This document shows, in pieces, positions 37,482 through 48,174 of a stretch of 64,000 nucleotides of DNA (position 1 is its first letter; every line of letters begins with the position of its first letter). Both the position numbers and the translations under genes were made by a program. Origin of the DNA: an uncultured Chloroflexia bacterium (GTDB taxonomy: Bacteria; Chloroflexota; Limnocylindria; Limnocylindrales; CSP1-4); contig CAVSMY010000010.1 in the NCBI GenBank assembly GCA_963729175.1, positions 264,291 to 328,290 on the forward strand. Reading direction: 5' to 3'. The notes beneath the pieces were generated by a model. The model saw only the letters and a list, made by a program, of their open reading frames with translations, was not told where the DNA came from and did no database searches.

Positions 37482-37540
37482 GGAGCCTCATGCCTTCCAA
37501 GGAGGTGGTCACCTTCTGGCTGGTCACGAGTGCTCCCATG
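37435..37540 (-). CDS. Candidate leader peptide (35 aa) overlapping the start of the ribosomal-protection gene
   Basis: ATG preceded by AAAGGAGCG SD. MGALVTSQKVTTSLEGMRLHAHPKS... ends 46 nt inside the main ORF in another frame. Confidence 0.3.
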
Positions 37541-37703
37541 TCGCTCCTTTCCGGTGTCGATGGTGTGTCTGTGTCGCAGAAGAGAGTGCCACGGCCGGTC
37601 AACACGATCCGACCGCCGGATCGGCGCGCGCAGCGATCTCGTCCGCTCTCACGACGATGAGGCGTGAGGACGGGTAGATCGCCGGGATGGCGACGACCGT
37701 TCG

Positions 37704-38087
37704 TCAGCCCTTCGGCTGGACGACCGCGAGGACGTTGCCGCTCGGGTCGACGAACCAGGCGGCCCACGAGTGACCCATGTCGGCGATGCCGTCGGTCGTG
37801 ACGGGATCCGGGGCGACGTACTCCTCGATCCGGACGCCACGAGCACGCAGATCCGCGAGCGCCGCATGGATGTCCGACACGCGCCACGCAGCCTGCGTCT
37901 GGGTGTCGCTGGTCCCGACCGTGCTGAGGGTCACGACCAGCTGGGATCCACCGCCGCTCCGGAAGACGATCCGGTCGCCCGCGTCCTCGCGGGCGATCTC
38001 GAGGCCCAGGACGCCGTGATAGAAGTCGCGGCTGGCGTCGAGGTCTTTGGCGAGGAGGATCGGGAAGACGAGGTGCTCGCTCAACAT
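37704..38087 (-). CDS. VOC (glyoxalase/bleomycin-resistance) family protein
   Basis: 127 aa. VFPILLAKDLDASRDFYHGVLGL... Confidence 0.8.
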   Translation of the reverse strand: MLSEHLVFPILLAKDLDASRDFYHGVLGLEIAREDAGDRIVFRSGGGSQLVVTLSTVGTSDTQTQAAWRVSDIHAALADLRARGVRIEEYVAPDPVTTDGIADMGHSWAAWFVDPSGNVLAVVQPKG

Positions 38088-38688
38088 CGTTGGTGCTCCA
38101 TGGCGTATCGGTCGCGCGGCGACCGCGGCCGGTGGCCGGGTACGGGGTCGACCACGAGAGCGTGCCGCATCGAGCGCCGCCGCGCGCTGGCGCGATCCTT
38201 GGCGGCGATTTGGGAACCATCAGCCACCCGACGACGCCATCCATCATGAGCCGGTCATCCGTGCTCGACCCGCGTCCTGGGGGACTCCCGGCGGCGACGG
38301 ACTCCTGAGCGTCGCCGCCGGGAGGGGATGCGAGGCAGAACCGGGGGCCATCGTCTACCGGTTCGCGGGTTGCGTGGCGTGCGTCGGAGGCCTAGCATCG
38401 TCTGGTCTGCTGGAGTCACGATCACGGCCCGCCACGCACCCCGGCGAGGGCCGCTCTGCAGGCGCCCAGAGGAGGTATCCGAACACCGGTCACGCATCGT
38501 CGGTGGGCGCCTCTGCCGGGGGGCGACGGGACACCTGATCCCGGATGACCGACGTCCGATCCACCTGCACGCTGTGGTCCCGATCCACGAGGTCCGTCTC
38601 GTCGGACGATCGCCGGTCGAGGCTCACACGAAGTTCGCGTCGCTACTCCCGTGGGGTACCACGGTCCTGCTGAGAGGAGACTCGCTCG

Positions 38689-39861
38689 ATGGCCGAAGAA
38701 TATGGTCAGACGCTCGCGGTATTCGTCCTGGACAAGGCCAAGGCATCGCGCCGACTCCTGAAGCGGATCCAGGAGATCGACGATGTCGACCCCAACGTGA
38801 AGATCGTGGATGCCGCGATCGCCGAGCGGACCAGGTTCCGCGTCAAGGTCCACCAGACCAAGGACCTCGGCGGCGCGAAGGGCACCGTCCGTGGCGCCGG
38901 GCTCGGCGTCATCGTCGGAGCGATCCTCCTGGGGCCCGGCGGGGCGATCGTCGCCGGCGCGGCGGGCGGCGTCCTGAACGGGCTGCGGAACCGCCTGCAC
39001 GACATCGGGATCGACGACAAGTTCATGCGCCAGATCACGAAGGAGATCGAGAAGGGCAAGAGCGCCCTCTTCATCCTCTACGAGGGCAACTGGTCCGGGT
39101 CGATCGGGATGATCGAGCAGGCCGTCGCGGCCGAGAAGGCCCTCCTGATCCACAGCACGCTGCCGGCCAAGACCGAAGCCGCCCTGAAGGCGCTCGTCGA
39201 CCCGGCCGTCGAGGAGCTCGGCGGCGAGGAGGTCGTCGAGGACTACGAGGTCGAGGTGGCCGACGAAGCCGTGACGACCGAGGCGGAGGCGGCGGCCGAG
39301 GCGGAGGAGCCGGCCGAGGCTGCCGCACCGGCGGCGGCCCCTGATGACCTGACCCAGCTCGCTGGCGTCGGGCCGAAGGCGAGCGAGGCGCTCGCGGCGG
39401 CGGGCATCACGACCTACGCGGCGCTGGCCGAGGCCAACGAGCCGCAGCTCCGACACGCCCTGCACTCCGCGGACATGGTCCCGCCCGCCAACGTGGCGTC
39501 GTGGCCGATGCAGGCCAGCTATGCCGCCCGGGGCGACTGGCAGGGCCTGATGAAGTACAACAACAAGCGAGCCGAGCCGAAGCACGCCGGCGAGAAGAAG
39601 AAGGCCGCAGCCACCAAGGCGGCGGCGCCCGACGATCTGACGCAGCTGAGCGGCATCGGACCCAGGATCTCCACGATCCTGTCGGCCGGCGGTGTGACGA
39701 CGTACGAGGAGCTCGAGCACACCGATCCATCGGAGCTGCGGACGATCATCGCCCAGGGCGGGGCGCTGCCACCCTCGGCCCTCGACACGTGGCCGACGCA
39801 GGCGTCATACGCGGCGCGCGGCGACTGGTCTGGCCTCGCGACCTACAACAGCCGCCACTAG
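38689..39861 (+). CDS. DUF1269-type membrane/general-stress protein with two C-terminal helix-hairpin-helix (DUF4332-like) repeats
   Basis: N-terminal DUF1269-like region with a Gly-rich TM segment. Two repeats DDLTQL(A/S)G(V/I)GP(K/R)...AGITTY..LA. GAGAGGAGA SD. Confidence 0.7.
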   Translation: MAEEYGQTLAVFVLDKAKASRRLLKRIQEIDDVDPNVKIVDAAIAERTRFRVKVHQTKDLGGAKGTVRGAGLGVIVGAILLGPGGAIVAGAAGGVLNGLRNRLHDIGIDDKFMRQITKEIEKGKSALFILYEGNWSGSIGMIEQAVAAEKALLIHSTLPAKTEAALKALVDPAVEELGGEEVVEDYEVEVADEAVTTEAEAAAEAEEPAEAAAPAAAPDDLTQLAGVGPKASEALAAAGITTYAALAEANEPQLRHALHSADMVPPANVASWPMQASYAARGDWQGLMKYNNKRAEPKHAGEKKKAAATKAAAPDDLTQLSGIGPRISTILSAGGVTTYEELEHTDPSELRTIIAQGGALPPSALDTWPTQASYAARGDWSGLATYNSRH

Positions 39862-39922
39862 TCCCTGGACGGGACGGGCGTCGGGCCACCCGACACCCGT
39901 CCCGTGGATCGGAGAGGCGGCA

Positions 39923-40617
39923 GTGGATCTCGTCCTCATCCATGGCTCGTACTTCGGCGCGTGGTCGTGGGACCTCCTGACGCCCGAGCTCGAGCGCCAG
40001 GCCACACGGTCACGGCGGTCGACCTGCCGATCAGCGAGCGCGGTCTCGGCGCCTCCGACTATGCGGATGCGGTCCTGGCCGCATCGGACGGTGGCGAGCC
40101 TCCCGTCCTCATCGCCCATTCCATGGCGGGCCTCGTCGCGCCGATCGTGGCGGCGCGGCGCGAGGTCCGGCAGATGATCTTCATCGCGGCGTTCCTCGCC
40201 AAGCCCGGACTGAGTGCCCAGGACCAACGCGCCGCCGAACCCATCGACCCGACGACACCGGCCACGACCGCCGAATGGATCGACATGGGAGATGGCCTCT
40301 GGTCCGTCGGACCGAACACCGCGCGCGAGCTGTTCATGCACGACGCCGACGACGGGGTTGCCGCGTGGGCTCTGCCGCAGCTCCGGCCGCAGTTCTACGG
40401 AGTCATGTCGGAGATCACGCCACTCGGCGAGTGGCCGGCGATCCGGAGCGACTACATCGTGTGCCGCGACGACCACGCGTCGAACCCGGAGTGGGGTCGG
40501 ACCGCTGCGCGCGAGAGGCTCGGCGTGACCGCGACCGAGATCGACGGCGGTCACTCGCCGATGCTGTCGCGGCCGGCCGAGCTCGCCATCGTCCTGGACG
40601 GGCTCATCCGGGGATGA
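39923..40617 (+). CDS. Alpha/beta hydrolase (esterase) with an apparent 1-nt deletion near 39995-40005
   Basis: N-terminus MDLVLIHGSYFGAWSWDLLTPELERQ in frame 2. The rest (GHTVTAVDLPISERG...HSMAGLVAP...) is in frame 1. Inserting one G in CAGGCC restores continuity. Confidence 0.7.
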
Positions 40618-40631
40618 GCCCGACGCCCTGG

Positions 40632-41030
40632 CTATCCGGTCGACACGAAGTGAAGGTCGTCGCGGCCTTCGAGTGAGAACGTGTCACCTGCGCCGGAGGC
40701 GACGTCGATGACGAAGAGCGGGTGGCGCCAGCGCTCGTCCATCTCGCGGTCGATGTAGAAGGATGCAGGCCCGATGACGCCGATCAGGGCGTCACCGGGC
40801 CCGAGGAGCAGCTCGCCGCGGCGCATGCATACGGGCGCGCTGCCGTCACAGCAGCCTCCCGACTGGAGGAAGACCAGCGGCCCGTGCTCGGCGGCGAGAC
40901 GCTCGATCAGCTCGAGCGCCGCGGGTGTCGCTTCGACGCGGGTCTCGGTCCGAGACCTCGCCCCAGGACCAGTCCGGGGCCTCGTCTCGGGCCGTGTCCG
41001 GGGCCCTGCCCCGGACCGGTCACCCTCCAT
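40632..41030 (-). CDS. DUF779 domain protein
   Basis: ATPAALELIERLAAEHGPLVFLQSGGCCDGS, the typical aldehyde-dehydrogenase partner. Confidence 0.8.
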   Translation of the reverse strand: MEGDRSGAGPRTRPETRPRTGPGARSRTETRVEATPAALELIERLAAEHGPLVFLQSGGCCDGSAPVCMRRGELLLGPGDALIGVIGPASFYIDREMDERWRHPLFVIDVASGAGDTFSLEGRDDLHFVSTG

Positions 41031-41045
41031 CGGTCGGTCCTAGTC

Positions 41046-42587
<1,542 letters not shown>

Positions 42588-42784
42588 GGCGGCCTCCTTT
42601 GTCCCCGCAGGGACGACTCGTCGAGGCGACGCGGGCGTCGGAGTCGGCGCACGCGCAGCGGCGGCGCACAGGGTCGACCGGTGACCCCGGCCGACATGAT
42701 CGGTATACGACGGTCGGCCGGGCGTTGCCCAGTGCCCGATGGCCCGAATCGCGTCGCCGATGCCGGCCCGCCGCGTCATCGCGG

Positions 42785-43471
42785 TCACCCGCCGGAGGCG
42801 ACCTCCGTCAGGTCCCGGTCCTGCATCTCCCAGGTGTGGTCGAGCACGTGGTAGGCCGTGTGGCGGAGCAGGTATGGGATCGTCCACTTACCGAGCGGCT
42901 TCCCCTCCGCGTACCAGTCGCGCATCGCCTCGACGAAACGGTCGCGGTGATGGGCCAGCCCGCCGGGCGTCTGGAGGTCATCAAGCTCGGACGGCACCTT
43001 CACGCGCCTCGAGAAGTCGCGACCCTCGTTCCCCAGGACATGCCGAACGATCACGTCGCGGGAGCGGCCGCCGCCCCGGACTCCCGGCCGGAGCTCCGCC
43101 GAGACGCGGGCGGCCGTCTCGTCGAACTCGGCCCACGCCGCACGCAGCAGTCGCACCTGGCGGTCGAAGGTCGGCGCATCGAACGGCTCGCGGTCGAGCG
43201 GCGACGGCGCGAACGAGATGCCCCAGAAGTCGGTCGAGCCGACTCCCGGGTACCGCCCGATGATCTCGGGGTCGGTCTGGGTGGCGAGCTCGGAGTCCCG
43301 CCCGACGCGCCTCGCGACCGGGAGGTACCGCGGCACGTAGCGGGCGAGCTTCTCGACCGCCTCGTCCTCCGTCTTGCCACCTCGCTCGAGTCCTGGCCAA
43401 TCCGCCGCGACGGCGACCCAGCGCTTGCCCCGAGTGGGCTGTTCGACGAGCACGCGAAGCCGGGACGTCAT
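42785..43471 (-). CDS. Hypothetical protein: N-terminal HicB/UPF0150-like segment plus C-terminal DinB/YfiT-like His motif
   Basis: [30 protein letters not shown] (HicB-like) and [21 protein letters not shown]. Confidence 0.45.
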   Translation of the reverse strand: MTSRLRVLVEQPTRGKRWVAVAADWPGLERGGKTEDEAVEKLARYVPRYLPVARRVGRDSELATQTDPEIIGRYPGVGSTDFWGISFAPSPLDREPFDAPTFDRQVRLLRAAWAEFDETAARVSAELRPGVRGGGRSRDVIVRHVLGNEGRDFSRRVKVPSELDDLQTPGGLAHHRDRFVEAMRDWYAEGKPLGKWTIPYLLRHTAYHVLDHTWEMQDRDLTEVASGG

Positions 43472-43562
43472 CCGCTCACGACCTTCTCGACACCGATGAG
43501 CACCGGCTCATCTTGCCGGAAATAGAATCAGCCGGCTGCCGACCGGCTGGCTCTCGTGTCCG

Positions 43563-43660
43563 ATCTCGTCCACGTACTGCACCGGCGTGGCCACGACGTC
43601 GTCCGGCAGCTTCACTCCGGTCGCGTGGTTCGGGCAGTCCCCGCCGGGGTTCTCGGCTAG
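43563..43660 (-). pseudogene. Remnant of an msrA 3' end (~95 bp, ~85% identical to 44155-44250)
   Basis: Reverse strand encodes ...GGDCPNHATGVKLPDDVVATPVQYVDEI, matching the MsrA C-terminus YCPNHATGVKLPDDFVVTPLQYVD. No start and no upstream body. Confidence 0.55.
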
Positions 43661-43668
43661 ATCGCTCT

Positions 43669-44109
43669 TCAGCTGAGTCGCTCGGCCAGTCCGACGATGA
43701 TGCCCTCGGGGCCGCGGACGTAACAGAGCAGGTAGCTGTCCTCGTACCGCACCAGCTCGCCGATGAGCTCGGCGCCGTGGGCCTCCAGGCGGGCGAGGAC
43801 GTCCGCGATGTCGTCGACCGCGAACATGATGCGACGGATGCCCAGGGCGTTCACCGGCGCGTCTTCCGGCTCGGCCCTGACCGCCGCTGGCGTGTGGAAC
43901 TTGTCCAGCTCGATCCGCCCGTGGCCGTCCGGGGTCCGCATCGAGGCGATGGTGGCTCGGACGCCGTCGAGCCCGATGAGGCGGTCGACCGACCGGCCCT
44001 CGACGACCGTCTCGCCCTCAAGCTCCAGGCCGAGTTCGGCGAAGAACGCCTTTACAGCCTCGAGGTCGTCGACGACCAGGAGGACGTTATCCATCCGCAG
44101 AACAGTCAT
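43669..44109 (-). CDS. VOC (glyoxalase) family protein
   Basis: 146 aa. MTVLRMDNVLLVVDDLEAVKAFFAELGLE... Confidence 0.8.
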   Translation of the reverse strand: MTVLRMDNVLLVVDDLEAVKAFFAELGLELEGETVVEGRSVDRLIGLDGVRATIASMRTPDGHGRIELDKFHTPAAVRAEPEDAPVNALGIRRIMFAVDDIADVLARLEAHGAELIGELVRYEDSYLLCYVRGPEGIIVGLAERLS

Positions 44110-44154
44110 CGCCCGACGATCAGTCGGGCCGGCGACCGGCGCAACTGACAGGAC

Positions 44155-44832
44155 TCAATCGACGTACTGGAGCGGCGTGACCACGAAGTCGTCCGGCAGC
44201 TTCACGCCGGTCGCATGGTTCGGGCAATAGCCGTACGGGTTCTTGTCGAGGTACTGCTGGTGGTAGTCCTCGGCGAAGTAGAACGCCGGCGCGGGCGGCC
44301 CGACGATCTCGGTCGTGATCGCCCCGTAGCCGGCCGCCGAGAGCCGCTCCTGATACATCGCCCTGGACGCCTCCGCGGCGGCGCGCTGGGCCGCGTCGTG
44401 GACGAAGATCGCAGACCGATACTCGCTCCCGCGGTCATTGCCCTGGCGCATGGACTGGGTCGGGTCGTGGCTCTCCCAGAAGACCTTGAGCAGTGCCTCG
44501 TAGGTCGTCACCGACGGGTCGAAGACCACGCGCACGGTCTCGGCATGACCCGTGCGGCCCGTGCACGACTCCTCGTACGTCGGGTTCGGCGTGGAGCCGC
44601 CCTCGTAGCCGACGGCGGTCGTCCAGACGCCGGGCTGCTGCCAGAACGCCTTCTCCTCGCCCCAGAAGCAGCCGAGCGCGAACTCGGCGATCCGCGAGCC
44701 GGCCGGGTACGGGCCGCCGATGGGGGTGCCGAGGACGCGGTGCGTGCCCGGCGTCATGATCGGCGACGATCGCCCGGGGAGGGCATCGGCGGGAGACGGG
44801 ATGGCGTCGGGCTTGGAGCTGAAGAACCTCAT
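44155..44832 (-). CDS. msrA: Peptide methionine-S-sulfoxide reductase
   Basis: GCFWG active-site motif and overall MsrA signature. 225 aa. Confidence 0.9.
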   Translation of the reverse strand: MRFFSSKPDAIPSPADALPGRSSPIMTPGTHRVLGTPIGGPYPAGSRIAEFALGCFWGEEKAFWQQPGVWTTAVGYEGGSTPNPTYEESCTGRTGHAETVRVVFDPSVTTYEALLKVFWESHDPTQSMRQGNDRGSEYRSAIFVHDAAQRAAAEASRAMYQERLSAAGYGAITTEIVGPPAPAFYFAEDYHQQYLDKNPYGYCPNHATGVKLPDDFVVTPLQYVD

Positions 44833-44869
44833 GCCCGCAGTCTAGTGAGCGAGCGTGACGGCTCGGTGA

Positions 44870-44905
44870 CGTCGGACGGGCCGTCGGACGGGCCGTCGGA
44901 CCGGC
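44870..44905. repeat. Three tandem copies of a 12-bp unit (GTCGGACGGGCC)
   Basis: Direct inspection; intergenic. Confidence 0.5.
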
Positions 44906-44911
44906 CGTTTC

Positions 44912-45283
44912 CTACTCGACGACGATCCGGACGCCGTCGCCGTCCTCGTCGAGCGTGGCGATGATCGGCCCCTGGAAGCCCGTCCGGACTGCCTCGCGGA
45001 TCCGGTCGAGCTCGGGTCGGGCGAGGCCGGGGATCCGGCCCATCGCGAGCTCCCCGAGCGAGGTCGGCAGGCGGAGGTCCACGGCGCGCTTGCCGTTCTC
45101 CATCACCTCGATCCGGAGGTAGCGCGGCTGACCGGGCTCGGCTCGACGGGTCTCGGGCTCCTCCGAGAGGCCCTCCGACACCCTGTCCGCCTGGTCGAGC
45201 GCCGCGAGGATCTCGTCCGCCTCGTCCGCCGTCAGGCGGCCCTCGGCGACGAGGCGGAGGACGGTCTCAAGCGATGCGGACAC
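44912..45283 (-). CDS. Hypothetical protein (123 aa), last gene of the DUF2089–DUF4097 operon
   Basis: Overlaps the DUF4097 gene stop. LRLVAEGRLTADEADEILAAL, a SHOCT-like segment. Confidence 0.5.
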   Translation of the reverse strand: MSASLETVLRLVAEGRLTADEADEILAALDQADRVSEGLSEEPETRRAEPGQPRYLRIEVMENGKRAVDLRLPTSLGELAMGRIPGLARPELDRIREAVRTGFQGPIIATLDEDGDGVRIVVE

Positions 45284-46310
45284 GGGACGATCGCTCCATC
45301 GTGGCGAGGCGACGCTCCGCCTCGATCAGGTCGATCCGCCCGGCCTCGAGGTCGCGCAGGACGCCGAGCTCGGGGTCATCGTCAGCCTGCTCGACTGACT
45401 GATGCGGCTCGAACGCCGGTGCGGCCTGTGGCGGCGGCGGCTCCGCGACCGAACCCGCCGGTGATGCATCGATGGGCATCACGGTCGATGCCTCGCTCAT
45501 GACCGGTGCGGGCGCAGCGGCCGGGGCCGTGGGGCCATGACCGCGCGGCGCGGCGATCGGGAGCCGCACGTCTCCGGACAGCGTCCGGACCCGGATCGTC
45601 GGGCCGTCGCCGGCGACCATCGAGCGTCGGCCCTTGCCACCGCTGAACAGGTCGGCCGACCCGTCGATGATGTCGCCCGAGAAGGTGGTGATCTCGATCC
45701 GGGCCGGCCCGTCGAGCTGGAGGTCGGCGTCGCCGCTCACCGACTCGATGCTGAACGGCCCCTCCCCCATCAGCTGGCCGGAGATCCTGACGTCTCCGCT
45801 CGTGGTCTTCATCACCGCGCGCGACACGGCCGGGACGGCGACGTCGATGTCGCCGGACACCGTCCGGGTGCCGATCGCGAGCGCCACCCCGGCCCGGATC
45901 TTCACGTCGCCCGAGACCGTCTCGGCGGTCTGTTCGCCGCCGACTCCGACGAGCTCGACGTCGCCCGACACGGTCCGCAGGGCAGCGGACCCGACCACGT
46001 CGAGCACCCGGATGGTGCCGCCGGTCGACTCGATCCGCATCCGGGTCCCGGTCGGGACGGCCAGCTCGAGCGGTCCCGGCTCATGGCGCAGGTCGAAGAT
46101 CCCCTGGTGGAGCGGGCGGAGGTCGAGCCGCCCGAGCCCCTTGTCGACCGCGTACTCCTCGGCAAGGTCGCCGTCCCGGAGGGTGACGGTCGCGACCGGA
46201 CCGTCGACCCCCCGGACGAGGATCTCGGCCGACGTAGTGCGGACGGTCAGGCTGCCCTCGAGCCCGATCTCGTGGCTGTCGGAGACGGACGTCGTGGTCG
46301 TGAAGCTCAT
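45267..46310 (-). CDS. DUF4097 ('toastrack'/putative adhesin) domain protein
   Basis: Repeated (T/V)SGD(V/I) beta-solenoid units. GGAGG SD. ATGA overlap with the upstream DUF2089 gene. Confidence 0.75.
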   Translation of the reverse strand: MSFTTTTSVSDSHEIGLEGSLTVRTTSAEILVRGVDGPVATVTLRDGDLAEEYAVDKGLGRLDLRPLHQGIFDLRHEPGPLELAVPTGTRMRIESTGGTIRVLDVVGSAALRTVSGDVELVGVGGEQTAETVSGDVKIRAGVALAIGTRTVSGDIDVAVPAVSRAVMKTTSGDVRISGQLMGEGPFSIESVSGDADLQLDGPARIEITTFSGDIIDGSADLFSGGKGRRSMVAGDGPTIRVRTLSGDVRLPIAAPRGHGPTAPAAAPAPVMSEASTVMPIDASPAGSVAEPPPPQAAPAFEPHQSVEQADDDPELGVLRDLEAGRIDLIEAERRLATMERSSRVRIA

Positions 46311-46741
46311 CGTGTCCTCCCAAGGGCGCGGATGGCGACGGCGGCCTCTTCCGCCGTCAGCTCGTGACTGGCGAGTCGGGCCAGGATCGCCTGGCGACCC
46401 GCGGCGATCCCCGCTTCGTCGGATGACGGCGTGTCGGCCATCGCCGACTCGGGCGGCTCCTCGACCTCCGCCGCCTCCCCGAGGCCGAGGGCCCGGACGA
46501 GGGCCTCGACGCGGTTCCGGACCGTCGGATACGAGATGCCGAGCTCGCGCTCCATCTCGCGGAGGTTGCCCCGCGAGCGGAGGAAGCTCTCGAGCAGGCC
46601 GAGCTGCTCCCGGTCGAGGCGGGCGAACCGGCCGACGCTGAAGTCCCCTTCCAGCGCAGTGCCGCAGCTGCGGCACTGCAGCCGGGTCACGCCGAGGTCG
46701 CCGGCGCAGACGGGGCAGATCGCGATGACGTCGTGTCCCAT
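46307..46741 (-). CDS. DUF2089 (zinc-ribbon plus HTH) protein
   Basis: CPVCAGDLGVTRLQCRSCGTALEGDF zinc ribbon, then an HTH (RELGISYPTVRNRVEAL). An AT-rich promoter island lies upstream (46745-46810). Confidence 0.7.
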   Translation of the reverse strand: MGHDVIAICPVCAGDLGVTRLQCRSCGTALEGDFSVGRFARLDREQLGLLESFLRSRGNLREMERELGISYPTVRNRVEALVRALGLGEAAEVEEPPESAMADTPSSDEAGIAAGRQAILARLASHELTAEEAAVAIRALGRTR

Positions 46742-46833
46742 ATGCACATCGTGACGTTGGACTTTCTCTTTGTCAATACCAAGCATCACTTTGTTGCGCC
46801 AGCTCGACACGTCTGGCGAGAAACGAGAGTCGA

Positions 46834-47352
46834 TCAGCCGGTGCCGAGGAACGCGATGATCGAAGTCACGAGCTCATCAGGACGGGCGTGATCGACGTCC
46901 AGGACCAGGTCGGCCAGCCGTGCCAGGACCGGGCCGCGGATCGCCTCACGCTCCGCCAGGTAGGCGACGAGGGGTCCGTGGTCGGGCCGATGGCTGCCGG
47001 TCGCGGCGCGGACCGCGAGGACCTCCGGCGACCCGCGCAGCCAGACGACGGCCAGGTCATCGGCCTCGAGAGCCACGACCGAGGCCGGGTCCTCGAGAAC
47101 GCTCGCCGCGGGACCGATGACCGATGGTCGGTCCTTCGCGAGGAGATACCGCAGGACCATCGCCTCGTCCGCATGGAGGGCGGCGACGCCACCCGTCTCG
47201 GCGATCTGCGCGGCGGTCAGCCCGCGAAGCGCCTCGAGGGTCACATCGCCATCGAGGAACGGGCGCCCGAGGCGGTCGGCCAGGAGCCGGCCGACGGTCG
47301 TCTTGCCGGCGCCCATCTCGCCGAGCAGGACGACATGCCGCGGGTCGGCCAT
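46834..47352 (-). CDS. P-loop kinase, shikimate-kinase/gluconokinase-like
   Basis: VVLLGEMGAGKTTVGRLLADRLGRPFLDGD. Confidence 0.6.
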   Translation of the reverse strand: MADPRHVVLLGEMGAGKTTVGRLLADRLGRPFLDGDVTLEALRGLTAAQIAETGGVAALHADEAMVLRYLLAKDRPSVIGPAASVLEDPASVVALEADDLAVVWLRGSPEVLAVRAATGSHRPDHGPLVAYLAEREAIRGPVLARLADLVLDVDHARPDELVTSIIAFLGTG

Positions 47353-47372
47353 GGGACGAGGACCCGATGGCG

Positions 47373-47975
47373 TCAGACGCGCTTGCCCTGGGCCCGCAGC
47401 TCGGCCTTCTTCGCCCGCTTGCCGGCCTGGTATGCGGCCAGCGACTCGGCCGAGTCGACGTCGCCCAGGGTCGGCCACGTCGGCGCGACGTCATCCCAGC
47501 CCGGCGGCTTGACGCCGAACTTCTTGCCGAGGATCGCGATGAGCGTCTTGGCCTTCATCTCGCCGATCCCCGGCAGGTCCATGAGCCGGGCCTCCAGGTC
47601 CTTGCCGTCACGGGCCTCGGTCCAGACACGGGCCACATCGCCGTCATAGCGCTCGGCGATGTAGGCCGCGAGCTTCTGGGTCTTCTCGGCGAAGCTGCCG
47701 GGGAAGCGGTGGAGCGCCGGCGGCGTCCGGAAGGCCGTCGCGAGGACCTCCGGGTCGATCGCGGCGATCTTCTTCGCGTCGAGCGTGCCGATCCGCCGCT
47801 GAAGCTCGAGCGGTCCCGAGAAGGCCTTCTGGACTGTGACCTGCTGATCGAGCAGGAAGCCGATGACGAGGGCCATCGGATCGGCGACGAGCAGTGCGTC
47901 GGCGTCGGGATCCCCGGTGAACGGCAGGCTCGGGGATCGCGTCGTGTCGGAGGTCGATGCCTTGGCTGCGGTCAT
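47373..47975 (-). CDS. HhH-GPD-like base-excision-repair-type protein (putative)
   Basis: LMDLPGIGEMKAKTLIAILGKKFGV helix-hairpin-helix. ~200 aa. Start position ±2 nt. Confidence 0.5.
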   Translation of the reverse strand: MTAAKASTSDTTRSPSLPFTGDPDADALLVADPMALVIGFLLDQQVTVQKAFSGPLELQRRIGTLDAKKIAAIDPEVLATAFRTPPALHRFPGSFAEKTQKLAAYIAERYDGDVARVWTEARDGKDLEARLMDLPGIGEMKAKTLIAILGKKFGVKPPGWDDVAPTWPTLGDVDSAESLAAYQAGKRAKKAELRAQGKRV

Positions 47976-48174
47976 GGGGTCGATGCTACAGCCGTCCGAG
48001 CCGCTTCGGGGACGAGGACGGCTAGCGCGGCCGGCGCGATGCCAGCTTCGAGCCGCCCGCACCGACGTGGCATCCAGGGCGGCTCCGTGCGGGCTGGTCA
48101 GAGCTTGCGGCCGCAGGGCAAGATGGGCGGCCACGCCGCCGTTGAGGGAAGGCGGCCGAGTCGCAGGGGGACGT

